Shown here in pieces: positions 10,680 to 21,155 of a stretch of DNA of 64,000 nt; position 1 is the stretch's first letter; each line of letters begins with the position of its first letter. The DNA comes from an uncultured Pelagibacteraceae bacterium (lineage in GTDB: Bacteria > Pseudomonadota > Alphaproteobacteria > Pelagibacterales > Pelagibacteraceae), in contig CACNXI010000001.1 in NCBI GenBank assembly GCA_902624345.1, forward strand, positions 11,082 through 75,081. Direction: 5' to 3'. The notes under the pieces were generated by a model. That model saw nothing but the letters and a program-made list of their open reading frames with translations. It was not told the DNA's origin and made no database searches. A program made the position numbers and the translations under genes.

Positions 10680-12500
10680 TTATTCTACTGTAACTGATTT
10701 AGCTAAATTTCTTGGTTTATCAATGTCATAACCTTTTTTAAGCGCAGAATAATATGCAAGCTTTTGTAAAGGAATTGTTATCAAAAAAGGGAATAAGTCA
10801 TCTTCAGTATTCTCGACTTCAATAGTCTCCCATATGTTTTCTGAATATACTTCATCTTTACTTTTATTTGTAACTAGCAAAACTTTTGCTCCTCTAGCTA
10901 TGACTTCCTGCATATTTGAAATAGTTTTTTTATAATGTTGATCTCTTGGAGCAATCACCACAACAGGCATTCCATCTTCTATGAGAGCTAGTGGTCCATG
11001 TTTCATTTCACCTGCAGGATAACCCTCTGCATGCACGTAAGCTAATTCTTTCAATTTTAAAGCTCCTTCTAATGCTATTGGAAATGAATATCCTCTACCT
11101 AAAAACATTGAGCCTTTTGCATCAACAAATGAACTGCATATTGATTGTATCTTATTTTCAGTTTCTAAAGAATGTTTAACTAATTTTGCGAGATTAAATA
11201 AATTTTTGATCTTCTTTAAATAATCTTTTTTACTAATATCTTTCCTTTTTTGAGCTAATTTTAAGCAAAGTATATATAAAACAAGCATTTGTCCTAAGAA
11301 AGCTTTAGTAGATGCAACACCTATTTCTGGACCACAATGAATAGGTAAAACGAATTTGGAGTCTCTTGCTATTGAACTTTCAATAACATTTACAACTGAG
11401 CATGTTTTCATTTTATTTTTGTTACAAAGGTCTAAAGCTGCATAAGTATCAGCAGTTTCGCCTGACTGAGAAACAAAAATATAAAGACAATCCTTCTTAA
11501 ATTTATTTTTTCTATAACGAAACTCTGAAGCAATATCGATACTAACATCGAATGATGTTAATTGTTCAAACCAATATTTTGCAATAAGACATGAGTGATA
11601 AGCTGTACCGCATCCAATTAATTTTATAGAGTTAATTTCCTTTTCTTTAAATGGAAAATTGAAAATATTTATGTCATTATTGATTTTGTCGATGTACTCA
11701 TTAACACAATTTTTGATAGTATTTGGCTGTTCATCAATTTCTTTAGCCATGAAATGTTTGTAGTCACCTTTTTCATAATTTTGTTCGTTTGATGATAAAT
11801 GTAATATTTTTTTATTAATCTTTTTTCCACTCTGATTAAAAAACTCAACATTATCTTTTTTAATTACACAAAACTCCCCATCGTTCAGATATGAAATTTT
11901 ATTTGTCATGGATTTTAAGGCGTAAGAATCTGATCCTAAATAGTTCTCACCAGGACCATAACCAACAGCCAAAGGTGAGCCTCTTCTTGCGCCAATTATT
12001 AAATTCGGATTATCTTTAAAAATTATCCCTAAAGCAAAACTTCCATGAAGTTTTTTTAAAACTTTAATAATTGCATCTTTAAGATTATCTTTTTTTAGAT
12101 ATTCAGTAATAAGATGAACAATAACTTCAGTATCTGTTTGGGACTTAAACTTATGTCCTTTATTTATTAAAAATTTTTTTAGCAACGTTGAGTTTTCAAT
12201 TATCCCATTGTGAACAACTGATACATTTTCTGATGAATGTGGATGAGCATTAATTGTATTTGGAATTCCGTGAGTTGCCCATCTTACATGACCAATTCCA
12301 ACATTTCCTGTTAACTTTGATTTTGAAACAGCTTCCTCCAAACTTTCAACTCTACCCTCACATTTAACTTCTTTAATAAAGCCAGAGTCAATTGTAGCAA
12401 TTCCTGCTGAATCGTAACCTCTATATTCTAACTTTTTGAGCGAATTTATAATTGGTGATGAAACCAATTTGTTGCTTGTTATTCCAATAATTCCACACAT
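10680..12500 (-). CDS. glmS: Glutamine--fructose-6-phosphate transaminase
   Basis: MCGIIG start, EYRGYDSAG, PRNLAKSVTVE end. Confidence 0.98.
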   Translation of the reverse strand: MCGIIGITSNKLVSSPIINSLKKLEYRGYDSAGIATIDSGFIKEVKCEGRVESLEEAVSKSKLTGNVGIGHVRWATHGIPNTINAHPHSSENVSVVHNGIIENSTLLKKFLINKGHKFKSQTDTEVIVHLITEYLKKDNLKDAIIKVLKKLHGSFALGIIFKDNPNLIIGARRGSPLAVGYGPGENYLGSDSYALKSMTNKISYLNDGEFCVIKKDNVEFFNQSGKKINKKILHLSSNEQNYEKGDYKHFMAKEIDEQPNTIKNCVNEYIDKINNDINIFNFPFKEKEINSIKLIGCGTAYHSCLIAKYWFEQLTSFDVSIDIASEFRYRKNKFKKDCLYIFVSQSGETADTYAALDLCNKNKMKTCSVVNVIESSIARDSKFVLPIHCGPEIGVASTKAFLGQMLVLYILCLKLAQKRKDISKKDYLKKIKNLFNLAKLVKHSLETENKIQSICSSFVDAKGSMFLGRGYSFPIALEGALKLKELAYVHAEGYPAGEMKHGPLALIEDGMPVVVIAPRDQHYKKTISNMQEVIARGAKVLLVTNKSKDEVYSENIWETIEVENTEDDLFPFLITIPLQKLAYYSALKKGYDIDKPRNLAKSVTVE

Positions 12501-12503
12501 ATT

Positions 12504-13115
12504 TTATTTTTTTCTTTTATAGTTTTTTACTTCAGTTTGCTTTGTCCTTGTAAGTGCTAAAGAACCACTTTTAACATTTTGAGTTATTACAGAACTAGCA
12601 CCAACAATCGCTTTTTTTCCAATTTTAACTGGGGCAACTAATGAGGTGTTTGATCCTATAAAGGCACCATCTTCAATTATTGTTTTGCTTTTTTTAACCC
12701 CATCGTAATTGCAAGTAATTGTACCTGCGCCTATATTAGATTTTTTTCCTATTGTTGCATCACCAATATAAGTAAGGTGATTTGCTTTTGAATTCTTTTT
12801 TAATCGAGATTTTTTAATTTCAACAAAGTTACCAACTTTTGAACCTTCTTCCAAAACAGTTCCAGGTCTTAAACGTGCGTATGGACCAATTGAAACATTA
12901 TTATCAACACTTACACCTTCAAGGTGAGAAAATGCTAATATCTTAACATTATTTTTGATTTTTACCTTCGATCCAAAAACAACATATGGTTCGATTGTTA
13001 CATTCTTTCCAATTTTAGTATCATTTGAAAAAAAAACAGTCTCAGGTGCAGTCATTTTTACACCCTGATTTAAAAATTTTTTTCTAAATTTATTTTGAAT
13101 ATCAGTTTGTTTCAT
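12504..13115 (-). CDS. glmU: GlmU C-terminal acetyltransferase (left-handed beta-helix) domain only
   Basis: [36 protein letters not shown]; only 203 aa, no N-terminal uridylyltransferase; glmU position between gph and glmS. Confidence 0.85.
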   Translation of the reverse strand: MKQTDIQNKFRKKFLNQGVKMTAPETVFFSNDTKIGKNVTIEPYVVFGSKVKIKNNVKILAFSHLEGVSVDNNVSIGPYARLRPGTVLEEGSKVGNFVEIKKSRLKKNSKANHLTYIGDATIGKKSNIGAGTITCNYDGVKKSKTIIEDGAFIGSNTSLVAPVKIGKKAIVGASSVITQNVKSGSLALTRTKQTEVKNYKRKK

Positions 13116-13185
13116 TGATTTTTTCTTATAGATAAGTATTTATGATAAAAAATTCACAAAATATTTCTTAATAATACTTTTTAAA

Positions 13186-13875
13186 ATGAGTCAAAAATTC
13201 ACAGTTTTAGTAGATTTAGATGGAACCATAGTAGATACAGCTCCAGATCTAATGAATGCTCACAATTATGTAATGAAAAAGTTTGGGTACGAAACAAAGA
13301 CAACAGAAGAAATTAGAAACCTTGTTGGTAAAGGTGCTGGCGCTTTGATTGGAAGATCTATTTGGGGAACAGCCAAAAAAGAGTTTGGAAAAATATCAGA
13401 TAAAAAAATTAAAGATGAAATGGTAAAAGATTTTATAGATTATTATGGAAAGAATATTGTCAATGAAAGTAAAATTATTGATGGTGTTTTAGAATTTTTG
13501 AAGTGGTCTAAACAAAACGGTATTTCGCTAGCAGTTTGTACTAACAAACAAGAACATTTGGCAATTGATTTGTTAAAAAAAATAAAAATTTTTGATTATT
13601 TTGAATATGTTGCAGGTAGTAATACTTTTGATTATTGCAAACCTGATCCTAGGCATTTAACTTCTGTGATTGAAATTCTTCAAGGAGATATAAAAAAATC
13701 TTTAATGATTGGTGATAGTGAAACAGATTCTGCTGCAGCTAACTCTGCAAACTTACCATTTATATTGCTCGAGGACGGATATACTGATAAAAAAGTAAAT
13801 GAAATACCTCATGATCACTTGGTAACAAACTTTCAGGGTATTGAGAAAATAGTTTCAAAATATTTGAATACTTAA
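13186..13875 (+). CDS. gph: HAD hydrolase, phosphoglycolate phosphatase-like
   Basis: DLDGTIVDT, TNK, KPDP, IGDSETD. Confidence 0.85.
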   Translation: MSQKFTVLVDLDGTIVDTAPDLMNAHNYVMKKFGYETKTTEEIRNLVGKGAGALIGRSIWGTAKKEFGKISDKKIKDEMVKDFIDYYGKNIVNESKIIDGVLEFLKWSKQNGISLAVCTNKQEHLAIDLLKKIKIFDYFEYVAGSNTFDYCKPDPRHLTSVIEILQGDIKKSLMIGDSETDSAAANSANLPFILLEDGYTDKKVNEIPHDHLVTNFQGIEKIVSKYLNT

Positions 13876-13909
13876 AATAAATGAAGTACTAAACTCAAAA
13901 AGGAATAAA

Positions 13910-15412
13910 TTGAAAATACATAAAGTAAAAGTTTTCGCATCAAAAGATAAGTTAAGTAAAAAAAATCAACTTGCATGGAAAATTGCAGAAATTGCAAGTG
14001 ACAATTCTAAACTAAATAAAAACTCAGTTGATATGGTGATAAACAGGGTGATTGATAATGCATCTGTTGCTATCGCTTCATTAAACAGAAAAGCTGTAAT
14101 TACCTCAAGAGAAATGGCAATGAAACATCCAAGATCTAATGGTGCTACTTTATTTGGAATTAACTCAAAAAAGAAATTCGACTGTGAATGGGCGGCTTGG
14201 TCCAATGGAACCGCTGTAAGAGAATTAGATTTTCATGATACTTTTTTAGCAGCAGACTATAGTCATCCAGGAGACAATATTCCTGCATTAATTGCTGTTG
14301 CGCAACAAAAGAAAGTCTCCGGTTTAAACCTCATTAAGGGAATAATTACTGCATATGAGGTGCAAGTAAATCTTGTAAAAGGTATCTGTCTTCATAAACA
14401 TAAAGTAGATCATATCGCTCACTTAGGTCCAAGTGTTGCTGCAGGTCTAGGAACAATGCTAAACCTTAAAACTGAAACAATATATCAAGCTGTTCAACAA
14501 GCATTGCATGTAACTGTCTCAACAAGACAATCTAGAAAAGGAGAAATTTCTAGTTGGAAAGCTTTTGCTCCTGCGCATGCTGGAAAACTTGGTATAGAGG
14601 CGGTCGACAGAGCAATGAGAGGTGAAGGAGCACCAAGCCCAATTTATGAGGGAGAAGACAGTGTGATTGCAAGAATATTGGATGGAAAAAAAGCATTATA
14701 TAAAGTTCCTCTTCCAAAAAAAAATCAGGAAAAAAAAGCTATTCTTGAAACTTACACAAAAGAATATTCAGCAGAATATCAAGCGCAAGCGCTTATAGAC
14801 CTTGCGAAAAAATTAAATAAAAAAATAGATAATTTAAATGAAATAAAAAAAATAGATATATATACTAGTCATCATACTCATTATGTGATTGGAACAGGCG
14901 CAAATGATCCACAAAAAATGGATCCTAATGCTAGTAGAGAAACTTTAGATCACTCAATAATGTATATATTTGCTGTTGCTTTAGAGGACGCTGATTGGCA
15001 TCACGTAAAATCATATAGCAAATCAAGAGCAAGAAAGAAAAGTACTATAAAGATATGGAGATCTATTAAAACTCATGAGGATAAAAAATGGACGAAACGT
15101 TATCATGATCCAAACCCAAAAAATAAAGCTTTTGGGGCTAAAGTGATAGTTACGTTAAAAAATAATAAAAAAATTGTTGAAGAACAAGGTGTAGCAGACG
15201 CCCATCCTTATGGTTTAAGGCCATTTAAAAGAGCTAATTACATAAAAAAGTTTTTAACACTTACAAAAGATATTATACCCAAAAAAGAGTCAGATAGATT
15301 TCTTAGGGATATTCAAAACTTAAGAAGGTTAAAGTCAAATCAGTTACACAAATTAAATATTGAAATTAATAGTAGAAATATTAAAAAAAATAAAAAAATT
15401 GGTATTTTTTAA
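13910..15412 (+). CDS. prpD: 2-methylcitrate dehydratase (MmgE/PrpD)
   Basis: RELDFHDTFLAADYSHPGDNI, RETLDHS; TTG start. Confidence 0.93.
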   Translation: MKIHKVKVFASKDKLSKKNQLAWKIAEIASDNSKLNKNSVDMVINRVIDNASVAIASLNRKAVITSREMAMKHPRSNGATLFGINSKKKFDCEWAAWSNGTAVRELDFHDTFLAADYSHPGDNIPALIAVAQQKKVSGLNLIKGIITAYEVQVNLVKGICLHKHKVDHIAHLGPSVAAGLGTMLNLKTETIYQAVQQALHVTVSTRQSRKGEISSWKAFAPAHAGKLGIEAVDRAMRGEGAPSPIYEGEDSVIARILDGKKALYKVPLPKKNQEKKAILETYTKEYSAEYQAQALIDLAKKLNKKIDNLNEIKKIDIYTSHHTHYVIGTGANDPQKMDPNASRETLDHSIMYIFAVALEDADWHHVKSYSKSRARKKSTIKIWRSIKTHEDKKWTKRYHDPNPKNKAFGAKVIVTLKNNKKIVEEQGVADAHPYGLRPFKRANYIKKFLTLTKDIIPKKESDRFLRDIQNLRRLKSNQLHKLNIEINSRNIKKNKKIGIF

Positions 15413-16308
15413 TGCACTTTATTAAAAAAAAAATAAAAGAAAAAAGAAAAGACTTTGTTGATAAATTAAAAAGTGGAAAAATTTTAAGAGTTCCTGGTGC
15501 ATACAATCCATTAACCGCTAAGGTAATTGAAGAAATCGGTTATGATGCTGTTTATGTTTCGGGTGGTGTTATGTCTAATGACCTTGGTTACCCAGATATA
15601 GGTCTTACCACACTTGAAGATGTGAGTAATAGATCAAAACAAATAGCAAGAGTTACAAATTTACCTACAATTGTAGATATTGATACAGGTTTTAAGTCTT
15701 GCAAAAAAACTATTAAAACTTTCGAAAAATTTGGTGTTACAGCAGTACATATAGAAGACCAAGTTGAAAGAAAAAGATGTGGTCACCTTGATAACAAAGA
15801 ACTTATTTCTGTAAAAAAAATGGTAAAAAAAATTCAAGAGTGTGTAAAAGCTAGGAAAGATAAAAATTTTAAGATAATTGCTAGATCTGATGCAAAAAGC
15901 GTGGAGGGAATTGATAAAATGATTGATAGATGTAAAGCATATATCGACGCAGGCGCTGAGATAGTTTTTCCTGAAGCTTTAAAAGATAAAGCTGAATTTG
16001 AAAAAGTAAGGAAAAGTCTAAGTTCTTATTTACTTGCAAACATGACAGAGTTTGGAAAATCAGATCTTTTAGATTATAAAGAATTAGAAAATTTAGGTTA
16101 TAATATTGTTATCTATCCAGTAACAACTCAAAGATTGGCAATGAAAAGTGTGGAGGAAGGTTTGAAAGTAATTTTTGAAGAGGGACATCAAAAAAACCTT
16201 GTTGATAAAATGCAAACTAGAAGTAGATTGTATGACTTGGTAGATTATGAAAAATACAATGCTCTTGATAAGAAAATTTATAATTTTAGCACAGATGGAC
16301 ACGATTAA
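15412..16308 (+). CDS. prpB: Methylisocitrate lyase
   Basis: IEDQ..KRCGH, LANMTEFGKS. Confidence 0.95.
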   Translation: MHFIKKKIKEKRKDFVDKLKSGKILRVPGAYNPLTAKVIEEIGYDAVYVSGGVMSNDLGYPDIGLTTLEDVSNRSKQIARVTNLPTIVDIDTGFKSCKKTIKTFEKFGVTAVHIEDQVERKRCGHLDNKELISVKKMVKKIQECVKARKDKNFKIIARSDAKSVEGIDKMIDRCKAYIDAGAEIVFPEALKDKAEFEKVRKSLSSYLLANMTEFGKSDLLDYKELENLGYNIVIYPVTTQRLAMKSVEEGLKVIFEEGHQKNLVDKMQTRSRLYDLVDYEKYNALDKKIYNFSTDGHD

Positions 16309-17432
16309 TGACTGAGGATATTAAAAAAGGTTTACTTGGAATTGTGGTTGATGAGACGGAAGTTTCAAAAGTAATGCCAGAAATAAACTCTCTTACGTAT
16401 AGAGGATATGCTGCACAAGACCTTTGTGCAAAATGTAAGTTTGAAGAAGTTGCATATCTTATTCTCAATGGAGAGTTACCTTCTGCAAAACAGTTAAAAA
16501 ATTTTGAAAAAGTTGAGAGAAAAGAGCGAAACCTATCAAAAACATTATTAGAAAGTATAAAGAATTTCCCTAAAAAATCACATCCTATGGATGTAGCTAG
16601 AACAGCAGTAAGTATAATGGGGCTAGAAGATAAAGAGACAAAAGATAATTCTCGAGAAGCAAACTTGAGAAAGGTAATGCGAATTTTTGCAAAAACACCT
16701 GTTGCATTAGCAGCCTTCTATAGAATTAGGAAAGGAAAAAAAATCATTAAACCAAAGAGTAATTTATCTTTCTCAGAAAACTTTTTTTATATGTGTTTTG
16801 GAAAAGTTCCTGAAAAAGAAATTGTTAAAGCGTTTGATGTATCTCTAATATTATATGCTGAACATAGTTTTAATGTTTCTACATTTACTGCAAGAACAAT
16901 CACTAGCAGCTTGTCGGATATTCATGGTGCAATTACTGGTGCTATTGCAAGTTTAAAGGGACCGTTACACGGTGGTGCCAACGAGGAAGTGATGCATATG
17001 ATGAATAAAATTAAAAAACCTGAAAATGCATTAAATTGGATAAATAATGCTTTAGATCAAAAAGCTGTTGTAATGGGCTTTGGTCATAGAGTTTATAAAA
17101 GTGGTGACTCTAGAGTTCCAACCATGAGAGAATATTTTTCTAAAGTCGCAAAAGTAAAAAAAGATAAAAAGTTTGAAAAAATTTATGACATTGTTGAAAA
17201 AGTGATGATTGAGAGGAAAAATATTCATCCAAATGTTGATTATCCTACTGGACCAACTTACCATTTAATGGGATTTGACACCGACTTTTTTACACCGATT
17301 TTTGTAATTTCTAGAATAACTGGCTGGTCTGCTCATATTCTTGAGCAACATGCAGCAAATAAATTAATAAGACCACTTGCTAGCTATAAAGGAAGTAGCT
17401 ATCGTAAAGTTGTTCCTATAAATCAAAGATAA
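16308..17432 (+). CDS. prpC: 2-methylcitrate synthase / citrate synthase
   Basis: AEHSFNVST, GPLHGGAN, MGFGHRVY, PNVD; operonic with prpDB. Confidence 0.93.
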   Translation: MTEDIKKGLLGIVVDETEVSKVMPEINSLTYRGYAAQDLCAKCKFEEVAYLILNGELPSAKQLKNFEKVERKERNLSKTLLESIKNFPKKSHPMDVARTAVSIMGLEDKETKDNSREANLRKVMRIFAKTPVALAAFYRIRKGKKIIKPKSNLSFSENFFYMCFGKVPEKEIVKAFDVSLILYAEHSFNVSTFTARTITSSLSDIHGAITGAIASLKGPLHGGANEEVMHMMNKIKKPENALNWINNALDQKAVVMGFGHRVYKSGDSRVPTMREYFSKVAKVKKDKKFEKIYDIVEKVMIERKNIHPNVDYPTGPTYHLMGFDTDFFTPIFVISRITGWSAHILEQHAANKLIRPLASYKGSSYRKVVPINQR

Positions 17433-18059
17433 CTAATTAAAATTAAATTTTGCAAATCGTTCATGGACGATTTCATATTTTATTTTATTTTCATCAGAAA
17501 ATTCTTTAATTGCTTGTCTTACTCCTAGAGCCTGGCTCAGGTTAAGATCATCACAAAGTATTGTTCCTTTATTTTTCAAAAGTCTATGACTATGAGCTAA
17601 ATCATTTTTAACAGTATTATATTCATGACCACCATCAATAAATATAAAATCAACTTTTTCTAATTCAATATTTTTTAGTACTTCGTTTGAGTTTCCTTTC
17701 AAGAGAGTTATATTTTTTTTAAATTTAGAAAGTAAGTCTTCTACAGCTTCTAAGCTATAAGGGTTTTGTTTTTTTATATATTTAAAATAAAAATTTTTAA
17801 GGGGATTATTAAAAGTTTTCACTGGAGCAACTTCATCTTTAAATTCATCTCCCTCATCGAAAATATCTATACCCGTATAACTAAAATCTGCTCCATGATT
17901 TTTGTTCATAAGCTCACAGACATTTCTAGCTGTCACACCATGGAATACACCAATCTCTAAAAAAGATTTAGGGTTATTTTTTTGGATCTCTTCTAAGAAG
18001 AGATCCCCAATATTTTTCTGTTTAAGGCTTGTTTTTCTAAAATACTTTTTATATTTCAA
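17433..18059 (-). CDS. Class I SAM-dependent methyltransferase (Methyltransf_24-like)
   Basis: LEIGVFHG, FIFIDGGHEY..V..D, LCDD. Confidence 0.8.
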   Translation of the reverse strand: MKYKKYFRKTSLKQKNIGDLFLEEIQKNNPKSFLEIGVFHGVTARNVCELMNKNHGADFSYTGIDIFDEGDEFKDEVAPVKTFNNPLKNFYFKYIKKQNPYSLEAVEDLLSKFKKNITLLKGNSNEVLKNIELEKVDFIFIDGGHEYNTVKNDLAHSHRLLKNKGTILCDDLNLSQALGVRQAIKEFSDENKIKYEIVHERFAKFNFN

Positions 18060-18061
18060 TT

Positions 18062-19072
18062 TTACGAAAAAGCTTCAGTCCAATTACCTTGTGTAGATGC
18101 TTTTGAATATTCTGTTGCTCTTCCTTCAAAGAAGTTCATGTGCTCGACAGCATTCAACATAGTATCAAGCCAAGTAAGCGGATTTTTTTCTACATCATAA
18201 ATTGGCTCAAGACCTAACTGAACTAATCTTCTGTTTCCAATAAATCTAATATAGTCTTTAACCTCTTGAGCTGTAAGACCTTTCATTGGTCCCATTTCAA
18301 AAGCTAAGTCAATAAATGCGTCCTCATGCTCTACAATTGTTCTGCATGCATCGTAAATTTCTTTTTTAAGTTTTGGTGTCCAGATTTCAGGATTTTCTTT
18401 TATAAACTCTTTAAAAATTCTGATCATTGAATTGCAATGAAGAGTTTCATCTCTTACTGACCAAGTAACTATCTGTCCCATACCCTTAAGTTTATTGTGT
18501 CTTGGAAAGTTTAATAAAATTGCGAAACTTGCAAACAATTGTAAACCTTCAGTAAAAGCACTAAATACAGCCACGGTTTTTGCAATATCTTCTTTTGAAT
18601 TAACATTGAATCCTTGCATGTAATCATACTTATCTTTCATCTCTTTATACTTCATGAAAGCTGAATATTCTGACTCAGGCATACCTATCGTATCTAAAAG
18701 ATGTGAATAAGCAGCCACGTGCACTGTTTCCATTGCAGCAAAGGCTGTCATCATCATTAAAACTTCTGTTGGTTTAAATACTGTTGTGTAGTGTCTTAAA
18801 TAACAGTTATTAACCTCAACATCTGCTTGTGTAAAAAATCTAAAGATTTGTGTTACTAAATTTTTTTCAGGTTCTGATAAATTTTTCTGCCAATCTCTTA
18901 CATCATCTCCTAATGGCACCTCCTCTGGTAACCAGTGTATTCTTTGTTGAGTTAACCAAGCATCATAACACCATGGATATCTGAATGGTTTATAGACAGG
19001 ATTTTCTACTAATAATCCCATTTTTTTTGGTTGAATGATTTTTCCTTTTTCCTCTTTTTTTACTACTGACAT
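18062..19072 (-). CDS. nrdB: Ribonucleotide reductase class Ia beta subunit
   Basis: Di-iron ligands (ADVEV, ETVH, TEG, DETLH), radical Tyr in HVAAY, NFFE; GAGGAG RBS before ATG 19072. Confidence 0.95.
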   Translation of the reverse strand: MSVVKKEEKGKIIQPKKMGLLVENPVYKPFRYPWCYDAWLTQQRIHWLPEEVPLGDDVRDWQKNLSEPEKNLVTQIFRFFTQADVEVNNCYLRHYTTVFKPTEVLMMMTAFAAMETVHVAAYSHLLDTIGMPESEYSAFMKYKEMKDKYDYMQGFNVNSKEDIAKTVAVFSAFTEGLQLFASFAILLNFPRHNKLKGMGQIVTWSVRDETLHCNSMIRIFKEFIKENPEIWTPKLKKEIYDACRTIVEHEDAFIDLAFEMGPMKGLTAQEVKDYIRFIGNRRLVQLGLEPIYDVEKNPLTWLDTMLNAVEHMNFFEGRATEYSKASTQGNWTEAFS

Positions 19073-21000
19073 GATAGACACTCCTCGTATTTGTTTTCGT
19101 CGGTTTCTTGTTGTTTTGATTTATAAACATTCGCAGTAATGTCAGTTGATTTTGCATCATTAACATTTTCCGCTCTTTGTATTGATTTAGACCTGCAATA
19201 ATAAAGGCTCTTCAATCCTTTTTTCCAAGCTTGGAAGTGGATTTGATGAAGATCCTTTTTGTGAACATCTGCAGGTAAAAATAAGTTAATCGATTGTGCT
19301 TGAGAAATATGTGGAGTTCTATCTGCACTTAAGTCAACAAGCCATCTTTGATCTAATTCAAAAGCTGTTTTAAAAACATCTTTTTCTTCTTGAGTTAAAA
19401 AATCTAAATGAGACACAGAACCTTGGTTAGTCGTAATTGTTGACCACGTTTCATCTGTATCCTTCCCATGTTTTTCTAATAATTTTCTTAAGTATTTATT
19501 TCTAACATTAAAAGATCCTGAAAGAGTTTTATGGGTATAACTATTCGCTGCAATTGGCTCAACTCCTGGAGAAGTTCCGCCGCAGATAATTGAAATAGAA
19601 GCCGTTGGAGCGATTGCAGTTTTATTTGAAAATCTTTCTTTAAAACCGTATTCAGCTGCATCGGGACATGCTCCTCTTTCTTCAGCTAAATCTTTTGAAG
19701 ATTTATCGACTTTCTTTTGAATATTCTCAAAAATCTTTTTGTTCCAAACTTTGCTCATTACTGACTCAAGAGGTATCATTTTTTTCTGATAGTATGAGTG
19801 AAGCCCCATTACACCTAAACCTACACTTCTTTCTTTTGCTGCTGAATACGTTGCGTCACTAAATTCTTCTGGTGCATTGTTAATAAAGTCAGTTAAGACA
19901 TTATCTAAAAATCTCATCACATCATCTACAAAGCTTTCATCATCTTTCCATTCGTCATATTTTTCAATATTCAATGAAGATAAACAGCAAACAGCTGTTC
20001 TATCTCTACCCTCTTTATCAATGCCTGTTGGAAGAGTAATTTCACTACACAAATTAGATGTCTTAACTGTTAAGCCAGCTAATTTATGATGTTGAGGTAT
20101 TTGTCTGTTAACAGTATCAATAAAAATTATATAAGGTTCTCCAGTTTCAACTCTTGCAGTTAATAATCTGATCCATAAATTTCTAGCTGAAACAGTTGAT
20201 TGCACAGATCCATTTTTCGGACTCTTAAGTGCCCACTGTTCATCAAGTTCAACAGCTCTCATGAAAGCATCTGAAACAAGAACACCATGATGCAGGTTAA
20301 GAGCTTTTCTATTTGGATCTCCACCAGTAGGTCTTCTCATTTCAATAAATTCTTCAATCTCTGGATGGTCAATAGGTAAATAACAAGCAGCAGATCCTCT
20401 TCTTAAAGAACCTTGACTAATTGCCATTGTTAAAGAGTCCATAACTTTTATAAAAGGAATTATTCCAGAAGTTTTTCCAACTCTTCCAATTTTTTCACCA
20501 ATAGATCTTAGATTGCCCCAGTAACTTCCAATACCGCCACCTCTTGCAGCTAACCAAACATTTTCACTCCAGAGACCTAAGATACCATTTAAACTATCAC
20601 TCGCTTCATTTAAGAAACATGATATTGGTAAACCTCTTGTAGTTCCTCCGTTAGACAGAACTGGTGTTGCAGGCATGAACCAAAGATTACTAATATAATT
20701 GTATAGTCTTTGTGCGTGTAAATTATCATCAGCATAATGACTTGCTACTCTTGCGAACAAGTCTTGGAAAGATTCATTCTCCCCTAAATATCTGTCACTA
20801 AGTGTTGCTTTTCCGAAATCTGTTAGATTTTCATCTCTACTTCTATCAATCTTAATTGTGATACCTCTAGAGTTTTGAAATAGCTCTGTGTTGTTGTTTA
20901 AGGAGAATAAATCTGGGCCTTTGGCCTTAGTCTTCTGATCAACCTGAGGTTTAAATTCAGAGACAGCTTTCTTTATTGCCTGAGACAAGACTTTGTTCAT
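19063..21000 (-). CDS. nrdA: Ribonucleotide reductase class I alpha subunit (no ATP-cone)
   Basis: PATPVL, PISCF, SNLCSEI, APTAS, LYYCR, C-terminal CLSC. Confidence 0.97.
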   Translation of the reverse strand: MNKVLSQAIKKAVSEFKPQVDQKTKAKGPDLFSLNNNTELFQNSRGITIKIDRSRDENLTDFGKATLSDRYLGENESFQDLFARVASHYADDNLHAQRLYNYISNLWFMPATPVLSNGGTTRGLPISCFLNEASDSLNGILGLWSENVWLAARGGGIGSYWGNLRSIGEKIGRVGKTSGIIPFIKVMDSLTMAISQGSLRRGSAACYLPIDHPEIEEFIEMRRPTGGDPNRKALNLHHGVLVSDAFMRAVELDEQWALKSPKNGSVQSTVSARNLWIRLLTARVETGEPYIIFIDTVNRQIPQHHKLAGLTVKTSNLCSEITLPTGIDKEGRDRTAVCCLSSLNIEKYDEWKDDESFVDDVMRFLDNVLTDFINNAPEEFSDATYSAAKERSVGLGVMGLHSYYQKKMIPLESVMSKVWNKKIFENIQKKVDKSSKDLAEERGACPDAAEYGFKERFSNKTAIAPTASISIICGGTSPGVEPIAANSYTHKTLSGSFNVRNKYLRKLLEKHGKDTDETWSTITTNQGSVSHLDFLTQEEKDVFKTAFELDQRWLVDLSADRTPHISQAQSINLFLPADVHKKDLHQIHFQAWKKGLKSLYYCRSKSIQRAENVNDAKSTDITANVYKSKQQETDENKYEECLSCQ

Positions 21001-21034
21001 TATACTCCCTTTTTAACACTATTTATTAGTAAAA

Positions 21035-21081
21035 CAACTATATGTTGTGTGCAGATTTCTTAAATACACTATATAAATTAA
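21035..21081. promoter_or_regulatory. Tandem NrdR boxes upstream of nrdA
   Basis: CAACTATATGTTGTGT (21035-21050) fits the acaCwAtATaTwGtgt consensus; weaker ACACTATATAAATTAA starts 31 bp later. Confidence 0.7.
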
Positions 21082-21155
21082 AAATCAACAGAACATTTAT
21101 AGAACATAAAAAAAATAGTTCAATAAAAAAATCAAAAAAATGTACATATATCAAC

